Assembly: GCA_944388575.1 (NCBI GenBank)
Contig: CALXJF010000006.1
Coordinates: 781 to 64,780, forward strand
From: an uncultured Clostridia bacterium
GTDB lineage: Bacteria; Bacillota; Clostridia; TANB77; CAG-465
Reading direction: 5' to 3'
DNA length: 64,000 nucleotides
The notes beneath the pieces are model-generated. The model was not told the DNA's origin. It saw only the letters and a list, made by a program, of their open reading frames with translations, and made no database searches. Numbering within the stretch: the stretch's first letter is position 1; each line of letters begins with the position of its first letter. Shown here piece after piece: positions 52,576 through 63,032 of this stretch. The position numbers and the translations under genes are program-made.

Positions 52576-53644
52576 TAAAGGAAAAAGTGGAAAAATTTCG
52601 TCAAATTTAATTAATATAATAATTATAGCTGTTATATTTGTTGGTTTACTTATATATATGTTTTGTGTTGATGATATAGAGACTATAACTTCAGCTATAA
52701 AAAATTTAAGATATAACTGGCTATTTGTTGGATTTATGTGTATGGTGGTGTATTGGCTTTTAGAAGCTGTGTGTTTATATGTTGTTACCAAAAAAACATA
52801 TAAGGATGAAAAATTCTCGACTACTTTGAGAGTTTCAATGATAGGACAATTATTTAATTGTATAACACCATTTTCTTCTGGAGGACAACCAATTCAAGCA
52901 TTGGTTATGGTTAATGATGGAAAGAAAGCTTCAAATAGCATAAGCATATTACTTATTAAATTTATTGTATATCAAGCTACTTTAGTTATATATACATTAC
53001 TTTTAATTATATTTAAATATTCGTATTTTAAAAATTTAGTTAGTAATTTTATTTATTTAGCTTTAATAGGTTTTTTAGTAAACTTAGCTGTTATAATATT
53101 TTTACTATTAATTGGTATTAACCAAAAATTAGTATATAACTCTGTAAAATGGTTTTATAAATTACTTGCTAAAATGAAATTATTAAAGAACTTAGATGAA
53201 AGATTAGAAAAGTTGCAAGCAAGTATTACAAATTTTCATGAACAGTTTAAAATTATACAAAAAGAAAAATTAATGATTTTAAAACTTGTTATTTATACAA
53301 TCGTACAACTTACAGTATATTTCTATGTGACATATGCAGTATATAAAGCTTTTGGTCAAAGTGGTGAAAGTATTATAAATATAATATCTGCTCAAGCCTT
53401 TTTAATGATGATAATGGCTTTTGTACCGGTACCTGGAGCTGGTATTGCCGCAGAAGGTGGCTTTTTAATTATATTTAATACATTTTTTGATAATGGAACA
53501 ATAAATATGGCCATATTATTTTGGAGGATTTATACATTCTACTTACCAATAATTATAGGTGCTTTATTCTTTGTTATAAATAACAAAAAATCTAAAGAAA
53601 AGATAAAATTTGATACGAAAGGCGTTGATATGAATGCTTTCTAA
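52559..53644 (+). CDS. UPF0104 / lysylphosphatidylglycerol-synthase TM-domain protein
   Basis: FNCITPFSSGGQP, VPVPGAGIAAEGGF, WRIYTFYL; typical partner of glycolipid GT4s. Confidence 0.85.
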   Translation: MFGKINKGKSGKISSNLINIIIIAVIFVGLLIYMFCVDDIETITSAIKNLRYNWLFVGFMCMVVYWLLEAVCLYVVTKKTYKDEKFSTTLRVSMIGQLFNCITPFSSGGQPIQALVMVNDGKKASNSISILLIKFIVYQATLVIYTLLLIIFKYSYFKNLVSNFIYLALIGFLVNLAVIIFLLLIGINQKLVYNSVKWFYKLLAKMKLLKNLDERLEKLQASITNFHEQFKIIQKEKLMILKLVIYTIVQLTVYFYVTYAVYKAFGQSGESIINIISAQAFLMMIMAFVPVPGAGIAAEGGFLIIFNTFFDNGTINMAILFWRIYTFYLPIIIGALFFVINNKKSKEKIKFDTKGVDMNAF

Positions 53645-54374
53645 AACTGCTATAGTGACAGGAGCTTCAAGAGGTATAGGTAGACAAACAGCAAAAGAAT
53701 TGGCTATTAAAGGATATAATGTATGTATAAATTATAATAGTTCCAAAAATGAAGCTGAGGACTTAAAAAATGAACTTATAAGCTATGGATGTAATGTTGA
53801 TGTCTTTAAAGCTGATGTATCTATTAGAAAAGAAGTTGATGATATGATAGATTATTCCTTAAGAAAGTTTAGAAGTATTGATGTAGTTGTAAATAATGCT
53901 GGAATTTGTGAATATAAATTATTTACTGATGTAACAGAAAATGATTTAAGGAAAATGTTTGATACTACAATACTTGGTACATTTAATGTAACTCAATCAG
54001 CTTTGAAAAAGTATATGTTAAGAAATCATAGTGGCAATATAATTAATATAACATCTATGTGGGGAGTTGTTGGAGCTTCTTGTGAGACTAATTATTCTAC
54101 TATGAAATCAGGAATTATTGGATTAACTAAAGCTTTAGCAAAGGAACTTGGACCATCTAATATACGTGTGAATGCGATTGCTCCTGGAATAATAGATACA
54201 GACATGAATAATAATTTAAATAGAGAAGAATTAAGTGAATTTGTCTCAAATATTCCAATCGGTAGAATTGGGAATGTAGAAGATGTAGCACAGTTAGTTT
54301 GCTTTTTAGCCTCTGATTTGTCTTCATATATAACAGGTCAGGTTATAAATACAAATGGTGGATATATAGTATAA
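53634..54374 (+). CDS. SDR oxidoreductase (FabG/YmfI-like)
   Basis: TGASRGIG, VNNAGI, IINITSMWG, YSTMK, VNAIAPG.IDTDM, ITGQVI..NGG. Confidence 0.9.
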   Translation: MLSKTAIVTGASRGIGRQTAKELAIKGYNVCINYNSSKNEAEDLKNELISYGCNVDVFKADVSIRKEVDDMIDYSLRKFRSIDVVVNNAGICEYKLFTDVTENDLRKMFDTTILGTFNVTQSALKKYMLRNHSGNIINITSMWGVVGASCETNYSTMKSGIIGLTKALAKELGPSNIRVNAIAPGIIDTDMNNNLNREELSEFVSNIPIGRIGNVEDVAQLVCFLASDLSSYITGQVINTNGGYIV

Positions 54375-54381
54375 TAAATAT

Positions 54382-54414
54382 AAATTAGTTAATGTTTTAG
54401 TTAACTAATTTTTT
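54382..54414 (+). terminator. Intrinsic terminator
   Basis: AAATTAGTTAA...TTAACTAATTT followed by a T tract. Confidence 0.65.
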
Positions 54415-54642
54415 GGTTCAAATTCAAGTGATTGTAAAAATATTCTAATAATTAGCAGAGGCAAGAGAAAAATGTATGCAAGAAGGTAGAAAATAAGGAT
54501 GAGATTAGTATGGATTTCATGCTAATAGTATATATCTTAAGTTTTAATTATGTTTATTTGACATTGCTATGCATTTATGATATCATATATACCATGATAA
54601 AATTATAAGTTGAGTAAATTTATTAAATGGAGGAGTAATTAC

Positions 54643-55104
54643 ATGTCTATGAAAGGAATTGTACAAAAAAGATTGCTTGAAGATCGTGAAATCTTTAGAC
54701 GGTTAGACAATTATCAAGACTTCGATTTTTATAATACGTTGCTTATTGTTAGACCGAACGAAGAAAATAATAATATATTATATATTTATTTGTCTTCACA
54801 GGCAGTAAAAAATTGTTATGAGTTGAATCAGAGTAATTACGATGAGAACATTGTAAAGTTTAACGATGATTATACTCTTGGCAGTTTTGATGAACTTTTT
54901 GAGGAGTTCAAGGCGTTTATTCTTTATGCTCAAAAAAAGTATGCAGGGCAGATGCATATATTAACACCACCTTTACTTCAAGAGTTTTATGGTAGAATTT
55001 TTTCTGATGAGGAGATGTTATACATTCTCGATCAGGAGGCTGAAATACCGTATATTATTAAATATCTTGGATTTTGTATTGAAATTCGAGAAACTATATT
55101 TTAA
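54643..55104 (+). CDS. Hypothetical protein, ~153 aa
   Basis: GGAGG RBS; TTGACA-17-TATCAT promoter at 54558-54586; terminator downstream. Confidence 0.75.
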   Translation: MSMKGIVQKRLLEDREIFRRLDNYQDFDFYNTLLIVRPNEENNNILYIYLSSQAVKNCYELNQSNYDENIVKFNDDYTLGSFDELFEEFKAFILYAQKKYAGQMHILTPPLLQEFYGRIFSDEEMLYILDQEAEIPYIIKYLGFCIEIRETIF

Positions 55105-55107
55105 TAT

Positions 55108-55151
55108 AAAGAAGATATTGAGAGTTTAATTAGTTCTCAATATCTTTTTTC
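55108..55151. terminator. Bidirectional terminator between convergent genes
   Basis: AAGATATTGAGA...TCTCAATATCTT flanked by A and T tracts. Confidence 0.75.
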
Positions 55152-55373
55152 TTATTTATTTTCTTTATTTAATCTTTCATATTCTTTTAGTCTTGTTTTG
55201 TATTCTAACATTTGCGTTAGATATCTGTAGTACATGTATTGTTGTTCATAATACATTGATGGATTCATTGCCTCAAATCCTGGGGCCATTTCATTTGTTT
55301 GAAGTGGCATATATTGTGGGTTTTGATTTGCATTAAAATTATAAGGATCAAAATATTGCTGATTTTTATCCAT
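55152..55373 (-). CDS. Small Q/Y/N/P-rich protein, 73 aa
   Basis: AAAGGAGG RBS on the minus strand; composition reminiscent of small spore proteins (inference). Confidence 0.75.
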   Translation of the reverse strand: MDKNQQYFDPYNFNANQNPQYMPLQTNEMAPGFEAMNPSMYYEQQYMYYRYLTQMLEYKTRLKEYERLNKENK

Positions 55374-55678
55374 TTGATAACCTCCTTTTAAAAAAATATA
55401 TAAAAATGTATAAATTATATTTTTTAACTCATACTATTAATGTAAACGTTAAAAAATGTTTACCCCCCTTCTTTTTTTATAATATATAATAGTAGTCTAA
55501 TTTTTAATAGACTACTTTTTTATTTATTATATACTATGTTTGTGATATAATTTATATAACAAAATATTAAATTATTTTATATAATATATAGTATAAATAT
55601 TGATTTTTTATGTAAAATGTTATATAATCTATTGTGAGGTATATTTTAATGTTTATAAATTGATTAGGAGTTTTTTTG

Positions 55679-57649
55679 ATGGGTGAAAAAAAGGTAAAGA
55701 GGAAAGCTAATTTGCCAACTAAATATAGAAAAAGTAAAAAGGTGCTTAAAATAATAACGTCTATTTTTTTAATCATTTTTTTGATTATTTTAGTTGGTGT
55801 TATATTTATAGGAGTTAAATTCTCAGATTTAGTAGCAAAAGAAATAGAGAGTTGTTCGGATTTTGTTGATTTTATAGCATCAGGCCAGTTACGAGATTTA
55901 GAATACTCTACTTTTGTTTATGATAAAGATGGAAATCAAATTGATACATTACATGGAAATGAAGATAGGATTTTTGTAGAATATGAAGATATTCCAACTT
56001 CTGTGGTTGATGCTGTAGTGTCAATTGAAGATGAGAGATTTTTTGAGCATAGGGGAATAGATATTAAAAGAACTGTTGGAGCAGCATATTCATATATAAT
56101 TAATAATGGTGATTCAGACTTTGGAGGAAGTACTATTACTCAACAATTAGTAAAAAATGTTACTGATGATAAAGAAACAAATATAAATAGAAAAATAAGA
56201 GAATGGTATAGAGCTACTGTACTTGAAAGTAATTTTAGTAAAGAGGAAATTTTTGAAGATTATATTAATACTATATATATGGGGGAAGGAGCCTATGGTT
56301 TTGAAGTTGCGGCCAGAAAATATTTTGGAAAATCTCTAAGTGATGTTAACTTGGCAGAATCAGCTATATTAGCCGCTGCTATTCAGTCACCAGAATCTAC
56401 TAATCCATATAGAAGTGAAGAGGCAAAAACTAAGTTACTTGAAAGACAAAAAGTTGTACTTTCTAAGATGTTATCACTTGGGAGGATTACAATTCTTGAA
56501 TATAACGAAGCCATATCAACTCCTATTGAATTTAAAAAAATGGCTGATGGAAGTGAAGATGTACAATCATACTTTGTTGATGCAGTAATTGAACAGGTTA
56601 TAGCAGATTTACAAGCTCAAGATAATTTAACATATGATGAAGCTAAGAAGCAAGTTTATGTTGGCGGATTTAGAATTTATACTACAATGGATCAATCAGT
56701 ACAAAATGCAATAGACAATGCGTATAATGACAATACTTTATTTTACACAGAAAGAAATGATGATTATATGCAATCTGCAATGGTTGTTATAGATCATACA
56801 AATGGTAATGTACTTGGTTTGATAGGAGGTGCTGGTAAAAAGGAAAATAATTTAGGACTAAATAGAGCAACACAAAGTTATAGACAACCAGGTTCTTGCA
56901 TGAAACCTATAGGAGCATATGGACCTGCTTTTGAACAAGGAAAATTAAATCCAGAATCATATATAGAAGATTTACCACTAAAAATTAAAGATTGGGAGCC
57001 TAAAAATTATTATAATTATTTTAATGGTTATGTTACAGTAAGACGTGCAATAGCTCTTTCAATGAACTTGCCAGCAGTAAGAGCAAATATGATGGTAGAT
57101 ACTTCCTTTGCTTTTGAATTTGCTAAAAAATGTGGTTTAAAAAGCTTACAAAATGCAGATAAAGATATAGCACCACTAGCTCTTGGAGGTTTAACTCGTG
57201 GAGTTACACCACTTGAAATGGCAAATGCTTATGCAACTATTGCAAACAAGGGAATGTATAATGAACCTAAATTATATACTAGAGTTACAGATAAAGATGG
57301 TAAGGAAATATTGTTTAAAACTTATGACACTACAAGAGTTATGAAAGAAAGTACAGCTACAGACCTTATTACTTGTTTACAAGATGTTGTAGCATATGGA
57401 ACTGGATATGGATATGTAAAAGTAGGAAATATGCCAGTAGCAGGTAAAACTGGAAATAGTAATGATGATAAGGACCAATGGTTCTGTGGTTTTACACCAT
57501 ATTATACAATAGCTTGTTGGAATGGTTATGATGAACCAAGACCAATAGGATATAGATCATATGGAAATTATCCATATACATCTGTAAAGTTATTCAATAC
57601 AGTTATGAATGAAATATGTAAAAATAAAGAGGTAAAAGCCTTGACATAA
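55679..57649 (+). CDS. Class A penicillin-binding protein (PBP1A family), copy 1
   Basis: GT51 EDERF, GGSTITQQL, RKIRE; transpeptidase SCMK, SMN, KTG. Confidence 0.92.
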   Translation: MGEKKVKRKANLPTKYRKSKKVLKIITSIFLIIFLIILVGVIFIGVKFSDLVAKEIESCSDFVDFIASGQLRDLEYSTFVYDKDGNQIDTLHGNEDRIFVEYEDIPTSVVDAVVSIEDERFFEHRGIDIKRTVGAAYSYIINNGDSDFGGSTITQQLVKNVTDDKETNINRKIREWYRATVLESNFSKEEIFEDYINTIYMGEGAYGFEVAARKYFGKSLSDVNLAESAILAAAIQSPESTNPYRSEEAKTKLLERQKVVLSKMLSLGRITILEYNEAISTPIEFKKMADGSEDVQSYFVDAVIEQVIADLQAQDNLTYDEAKKQVYVGGFRIYTTMDQSVQNAIDNAYNDNTLFYTERNDDYMQSAMVVIDHTNGNVLGLIGGAGKKENNLGLNRATQSYRQPGSCMKPIGAYGPAFEQGKLNPESYIEDLPLKIKDWEPKNYYNYFNGYVTVRRAIALSMNLPAVRANMMVDTSFAFEFAKKCGLKSLQNADKDIAPLALGGLTRGVTPLEMANAYATIANKGMYNEPKLYTRVTDKDGKEILFKTYDTTRVMKESTATDLITCLQDVVAYGTGYGYVKVGNMPVAGKTGNSNDDKDQWFCGFTPYYTIACWNGYDEPRPIGYRSYGNYPYTSVKLFNTVMNEICKNKEVKALT

Positions 57650-57666
57650 TACAAGGGGGATTTTGT

Positions 57667-59946
57667 ATGGAAAATGTAGAAAAAAATGTAGATAAAGTAC
57701 AAAATCATAAAAAGAGGAAACCATTGAAACTATTTGTAATATTAACAATATTCTTTTTGGCGTTAGTTGTAATAGCAAGTAGTTTCTTGGGAGTATTCTC
57801 AAATTCTGAGGATACAGAAGATTTATTAAATGGTAACTCAATTGATAATATGTCTTTAACTACATTTATATATGATAAAGATGGTAATCAAATAGATCAA
57901 ATTTATGGACTTGAAAATAGAATTCATGTTTCATATAATGAATTACCTGAAAATTTAATAAATGCAATTGTATCAATTGAAGATGAAAGATTCTTTGAAC
58001 ATAAAGGTATAGATATAAAAAGGACAGTAGGAGCAATTTTTACGTATATATCTAATATGGGAGAATCTGGATATGGTGGAAGTACTATTACTCAACAGTT
58101 AGTAAAAAATATAACAAATGATGATGAAACAAACATAAGTAGAAAAATAAGAGAGTGGTACAGAGCTGGAATGCTTGAAACAAAATATAGTAAAGAGTAT
58201 ATTTTTGAGACTTATGCTAATACTATATATTTTGGTGAAGGGGCATATGGAGTAGAAGTAGCTTCAAGAACTTATTTTAATAAGAGTGTCAAAGATTTAA
58301 CTCTTAATGAATGTGCTATACTTGCAGCCGCTATTCAATCTCCTGAATCAACAAATCCATTTACATCTAATGAAACACGAGCTAAGCTTTTGGAAAGAAA
58401 AGATGTAGTTTTAAGTAAAATGTTAGAACTTGGTAAGATATCTACTAATCAATATGAAGAAGCAAAAAATGAACAAGTAAACTTTAATAGGGGAACCGTT
58501 GGTACTAAAGTAAAATCGTACTTTGTAGAAGCTGCCATAGAGCAAGTTATAACAGATCTTCAAAAAGAAGAAGAAATATCATATGAAGAAGCTAAACAAA
58601 AAGTATATACTAGTGGTTATAAAATATATACAACATTAGATCAAAATGTGCAAAGTGCAATAGATAATGCATATAATAATTCAACTTTATTTTATACAGA
58701 TAAAAATGGAGATTTTATGCAGTCAGCGATGGTCGTTATAGATCATTCAAACGGAAATGTTGTTGGATTAACCGGAGGAGCCGGAGAAAAATCAGGAAAT
58801 TTTGTTTTAAATAGAGCAACACAAAGTTATAGACAACCGGGTTCTTGTATGAAGCCATTTGGTGCATATGGACCTGCTTTTGAAAAAGGAGAGCTTACAG
58901 TAAATTCTGTTTTGCAAGACGCACCTTTAACAATAGGTAGTTGGAGTCCAAAAAATTATTATGGATATTTTAAGGGAAATGTTACTGTTAGGCAAGCAGT
59001 TGCTCAATCAATGAACTTACCAGCAGTAAGGGCAAACATGAAAGTAGATCTTGATTTTGCATATAATTTTGCTAAGTCTTGTGGATTAACAAGTCTTGTA
59101 GAAGAAGATAAAAATATAGCACCTTTATCACTTGGAGGATTAACTAAAGGTGTAACACCTCTTGAGATGGCAAGTGCATATGCAACTATTGCAAATGGTG
59201 GTGATTATAATGAACCTAAATTTTATACTAAAGTGCTAGATAGAAATAATAAAGAAGTATTGTATAAAAACTATACACCAACTAGAGCTATGCAGAAAAG
59301 CACTGCTGCAATGTTAACAACATGTTTACAAGAAGTAGTTAAATCAGGAACAGCAGCTGGTTATGTAAAAGCAGGAAATATGCCAATAGCAGGTAAAACT
59401 GGTAATACTAATGATGATAAAGATCAATGGTTTTGTGGATTTACTCCATATTATACAATAGCTTGTTGGAATGGTTATGATACGCCAAAAGCAATTGGAA
59501 CCAGAAAATATGGAAGTTATCCATACACTAGTGTTAAATTATTTAATACTGTTGTTAATGAGATAAGTAAAAATCAAACAGTTAAACAGTTTGATACTTC
59601 AGCTGCATTAGAAGAAGTAGCAGTTTGCTCTGTTTCAGGTGACTTACCAAATACAGGGTGTTATCAAGCAGGTTGTGTTACAAAAAAGATGTTAAGTAAT
59701 TCATCTAAACCAACAACTTATTGCGTAGTACACAATTATGTAAATTATTATCAAGAAGAAACTATAAATCAAAATACAAACAATAATTTAGGTAATAATA
59801 ATGATACAAGTAGTACTTCAAATCAAAATAATAATCAAACGGACATTAATAATGAATTTGATAATAAAACTACATCTAATGAAAATAACGGAAATATTGA
59901 TAATAATTATACAAATAATAGTGATCTTTATAATTTTAATAATTAA
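57667..59946 (+). CDS. Class A penicillin-binding protein (PBP1A family), copy 2, with Cys-rich and Asn-rich tail
   Basis: Same motifs as copy 1; extra C..SG.....C....C...C.VH segment and N-rich tail. Confidence 0.92.
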   Translation: MENVEKNVDKVQNHKKRKPLKLFVILTIFFLALVVIASSFLGVFSNSEDTEDLLNGNSIDNMSLTTFIYDKDGNQIDQIYGLENRIHVSYNELPENLINAIVSIEDERFFEHKGIDIKRTVGAIFTYISNMGESGYGGSTITQQLVKNITNDDETNISRKIREWYRAGMLETKYSKEYIFETYANTIYFGEGAYGVEVASRTYFNKSVKDLTLNECAILAAAIQSPESTNPFTSNETRAKLLERKDVVLSKMLELGKISTNQYEEAKNEQVNFNRGTVGTKVKSYFVEAAIEQVITDLQKEEEISYEEAKQKVYTSGYKIYTTLDQNVQSAIDNAYNNSTLFYTDKNGDFMQSAMVVIDHSNGNVVGLTGGAGEKSGNFVLNRATQSYRQPGSCMKPFGAYGPAFEKGELTVNSVLQDAPLTIGSWSPKNYYGYFKGNVTVRQAVAQSMNLPAVRANMKVDLDFAYNFAKSCGLTSLVEEDKNIAPLSLGGLTKGVTPLEMASAYATIANGGDYNEPKFYTKVLDRNNKEVLYKNYTPTRAMQKSTAAMLTTCLQEVVKSGTAAGYVKAGNMPIAGKTGNTNDDKDQWFCGFTPYYTIACWNGYDTPKAIGTRKYGSYPYTSVKLFNTVVNEISKNQTVKQFDTSAALEEVAVCSVSGDLPNTGCYQAGCVTKKMLSNSSKPTTYCVVHNYVNYYQEETINQNTNNNLGNNNDTSSTSNQNNNQTDINNEFDNKTTSNENNGNIDNNYTNNSDLYNFNN

Positions 59947-59960
59947 AAATTTATTTAATC

Positions 59961-60001
59961 AAAAAATTCTTATAAGAAGGATATTCTTATAAGAATTTTT
60001 T
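59961..60001. terminator. Bidirectional terminator
   Basis: AAAAATTCTTATAAGA...TCTTATAAGAATTTTT. Confidence 0.8.
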
Positions 60002-60042
60002 GTAGTTATATTGTAGTTATAATAAAAAATATTAAAAAATAA

Positions 60043-61200
60043 TTAATTCTTTTTTTGTTTATGAAGTAGTATATGTAAAAAAGAAAACATGCATAAAATT
60101 ATTATTATTAAAAAAATAGAGTTTATATAATATACTTTTATTTGTTCTATAAAATTAGAATAGGTTAAGCTTGTTTCAATATTTTTAAATACAGTAATGT
60201 TATTAATATCAATTTTAAAAATATTCAGTAAAAAATACGTATATATAAAGGAAAGTAATCCTTGTGAAAATTTATATGTAATTAATTTTTTTATATTAAA
60301 CAGATTATTACTTATTGTAGAATATACTTGGCAGATAATACAAAGTCCACTAAATCCAAGTAAAAAAGATATAATACATATTTTTATATTTTCGTTTATA
60401 TCAAGAATTGAAACATCTAAACAACCTTTGCTTATTTCAAAAAGGGCAGATAAAATTGTTACTATATTTTTTGAAAAATTGAGTTTTAAAAGAATTATAG
60501 TTATTATATTGCCTAGTAGATTAAATATTATAATAAACCCAAATATATTACTGAGTGTTAAAAAAGATTTTAGTATAGATTTTTTTACAATATCAAAAAA
60601 AGTTAAGGAACTTTTAGATATGACATTATTTTGGTTAAAAGACTTTGACATTGACTTAGTTTCGTGTATAATAGATATGGATTTAAGTCTAGTTACAAAA
60701 AATGCAATAGTTAATGCACTTATATAATGTGAAATTATTAGTAGTATTCCAAGGTTTTGATTGCCTAGAACACTTATTCCAATAGTTGATAAAATAAATA
60801 TTGGATTGCAATTATTAACAAATGTTAATAATTTAGTTGCTTCTAATTTGTTTATTTTATTATTTTGAAATAATGTTGATACAGTTTTAGATCCCATAGG
60901 ATAACCACATAAAAATCCAGTTATTATTGCTGGAGTACAGTTTTTACTTAGTTTGAAACATGATTTGATTATTTTTCCAATTGATTTTGAAAGTAAATCA
61001 ATAATATCAGAATTTAAAATTAATTCTGTAAAAAAGATAAATGGAAAAAGTGAAGGTAATATATTATTTATAAATAATAATGTACTTGATTTTACAGATT
61101 CAAAATTTGATTTTGAAAAAATTAGAATTGTAAATAGACAAATAAAAAAACTAAGTAATTTGATTTTATTTTTTAGATTACATATTTTAAATATTTTCAT
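60043..61200 (-). CDS. ylbJ: Sporulation integral membrane protein YlbJ-like
   Basis: ILPSLFPF, GFLCGYPMG, FVNNC.PIFI..TIG, FEISKG, GFSGLCIICQ. Confidence 0.85.
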   Translation of the reverse strand: MKIFKICNLKNKIKLLSFFICLFTILIFSKSNFESVKSSTLLFINNILPSLFPFIFFTELILNSDIIDLLSKSIGKIIKSCFKLSKNCTPAIITGFLCGYPMGSKTVSTLFQNNKINKLEATKLLTFVNNCNPIFILSTIGISVLGNQNLGILLIISHYISALTIAFFVTRLKSISIIHETKSMSKSFNQNNVISKSSLTFFDIVKKSILKSFLTLSNIFGFIIIFNLLGNIITIILLKLNFSKNIVTILSALFEISKGCLDVSILDINENIKICIISFLLGFSGLCIICQVYSTISNNLFNIKKLITYKFSQGLLSFIYTYFLLNIFKIDINNITVFKNIETSLTYSNFIEQIKVYYINSIFLIIIILCMFSFLHILLHKQKKN

Positions 61201-61243
61201 TGTTACACCTATTAATAATATTTATGAAAAAGGAGGAAATATT

Positions 61244-62119
61244 ATGCGATATAGTAAAGAGTTAAAAACGTATGAAATTCTTGATATGGCAGATGGAGAA
61301 AAACTTGAAAGATGGGGAAAATATATATTGATTAGACCAGATCCACAAATAATATGGAAAGAAAAAAAGAATCCTGCTCTTTGGAAACAGGCTCATGCAA
61401 GATATATTAGAAGTCAAAAAGGCGGTGGACATTGGGAAGTTTTAAAAAAGATACCTGCTTCTTGGGATATATCATATAAAGATTTGAAATTTAATATCAA
61501 ACCCATGGGTTTTAAACATACAGGGCTTTTTCCCGAACAGTCTACAAATTGGGATTACATAATCAGTAAAATTTCTGATGAGAAAAAAAATAAAAAAGAA
61601 ATAAACGTATTAAATTTGTTTGCATATACTGGAGGCGCAACAGTAGCAGCTGCATACGCAGGAGCTAATGTTTGTCATGTAGATTCTTCTCAAGGTATGA
61701 CTAATTGGGCTAAAGAAAATTTAGTCTCTAGTGGTCTAAAATCAAGAAAAGTTAGATTTTTAGTAGATGATGTTATAAAATTTGTAAAGAGGGAAATAAG
61801 AAGAAATAATAAGTATGATATTATTATTATGGATCCGCCTTCATATGGTAGAGGTAAAAATGGAGAGGTTTGGAATATAGAAAAAGATTTATACGAGTTA
61901 CTTAATTTATGTAATAAGATTTTAAGTGATACGCCTATATTTGTGTTGATAAATACATACACTGGTGGCCTTTCTGGAACTATTATAAAAAATGTGGGAA
62001 GCTTAGCTTTTAAAGATAAAAGAATTAAGAAGATTGATTTTGACGAGATAGGAATAAAACAAAAGGATTCAGAAATTTTTCTACCATGTGGGATAACTAC
62101 AATAATTGAATTTAAGTAG
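61244..62119 (+). CDS. Class I SAM-dependent methyltransferase (RlmI/COG1092-like, short form)
   Basis: GEKLERWG..LIRPDPQ, FKHTGLFPEQ, VLNLFAYTGGAT, HVD, IIMDPPSYGRG; AAGGAGG RBS before ATG 61244. Confidence 0.88.
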   Translation: MRYSKELKTYEILDMADGEKLERWGKYILIRPDPQIIWKEKKNPALWKQAHARYIRSQKGGGHWEVLKKIPASWDISYKDLKFNIKPMGFKHTGLFPEQSTNWDYIISKISDEKKNKKEINVLNLFAYTGGATVAAAYAGANVCHVDSSQGMTNWAKENLVSSGLKSRKVRFLVDDVIKFVKREIRRNNKYDIIIMDPPSYGRGKNGEVWNIEKDLYELLNLCNKILSDTPIFVLINTYTGGLSGTIIKNVGSLAFKDKRIKKIDFDEIGIKQKDSEIFLPCGITTIIEFK

Positions 62120-62135
62120 AAAGTGGAGATTATAT

Positions 62136-62933
62136 ATGTTTTTGAAGGATTATTTAAATATTAATGGAAATAGACTCAACTATTATGAAAGTGGATATGG
62201 GAAAACGACTATCGTTTTTTTATCGGGTTTTGGAACTCCGTTTGCTATAGCTGATATGTACAAGCTTGCAACATTACTACAAGTTAAATGTAGGTGTGTT
62301 ATAATTGATAGATTTGGATATGGAAATAGTGATATAGTTAATACAGAAAGAAATTTAGAGAATATTTGTAATGAAATAAAACAGGTGTTTAAATTATTGA
62401 ATATAGATCCTAAAAAAACTATTTTACTAGGTCATTCCTCTGCTAATTTTTATTCAATGTATATAAATAAAGATTTAAAGTTAAAAGGACTTATTTTAAT
62501 AGATTTAGAAAAACTTACAAATGTTAAGTTATTATTTACAAAATTTATATATAGTATATATTTTCTGCTTACTAAAACTTTTATGAAAAAAATATTTGAT
62601 AATTGTGTTAATAAAATGTTTGAAAGATCTATACCAAATGAATATAAATTGGAAGGAAAAAGTATACAAAAAAATAAAATACCCAATAAATGTATAAAGG
62701 ATGAAATGAAATGGTATTGTAATGAATTAAAAAACTTTGAAAATAGAATTGAGAAAGATAGCTTAAGTAAAGCTTTATTAGTATGTAGAAAGAATACTTT
62801 TAAATATAATGTGAATATAAAAGATAGGTTTAAAGAGGTGAAAATTTTAAATGTTGGTAAAGCAGAACATTATATTCACTATTCTCATTTTTATATGATT
62901 GTAAAAGAAACATTAAGATATTTTGAAATATAA
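62136..62933 (+). CDS. Alpha/beta hydrolase
   Basis: IVFLSGFG, IDRFGYGNS, LLGHSS nucleophile elbow, C-terminal HYIH. Confidence 0.8.
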   Translation: MFLKDYLNINGNRLNYYESGYGKTTIVFLSGFGTPFAIADMYKLATLLQVKCRCVIIDRFGYGNSDIVNTERNLENICNEIKQVFKLLNIDPKKTILLGHSSANFYSMYINKDLKLKGLILIDLEKLTNVKLLFTKFIYSIYFLLTKTFMKKIFDNCVNKMFERSIPNEYKLEGKSIQKNKIPNKCIKDEMKWYCNELKNFENRIEKDSLSKALLVCRKNTFKYNVNIKDRFKEVKILNVGKAEHYIHYSHFYMIVKETLRYFEI

Positions 62934-63032
62934 TATTAAATCAAATTTATACATATTTTTAGTAAATTAATGTATTGAAAAGTACTTTAATTTATGGTAA
63001 AATATATTATATGTATTGAAGGAGGAAATCAA

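Noticed and set aside
54440-54530. LAEAREKCMQEGRK* fragment resembling an Rpn/PD-(D/E)XK transposase tail
   Set aside because: Too short, no start signal, similarity only impressionistic
60953-61243. 97-aa N-terminal extension of the methyltransferase in the ORF track
   Set aside because: It overlaps ylbJ on the opposite strand; the strong AAGGAGG RBS points to ATG 61244
4336-62686. Short antisense and overlapping ORFs in the track (e.g. 4336-4587, 8347-8535, 10561-11004, 12232-13152 on +, 14499-14714, 19299-19532, 22357-22644, 24661-24951, 30080-30280, 31544-31735, 33541-33846, 39464-39706, 43216-47104 on -, 48866-49177, 49260-49481, 50618-50890, 52501-52791, 55567-55776, 57590-57841, 59801-59992, 60197-60727, 61690-61962, 62450-62686)
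   Set aside because: They lie opposite or within well-supported genes, lack an RBS, and have the I/L/F/S-rich composition of shadow frames in AT-rich DNA
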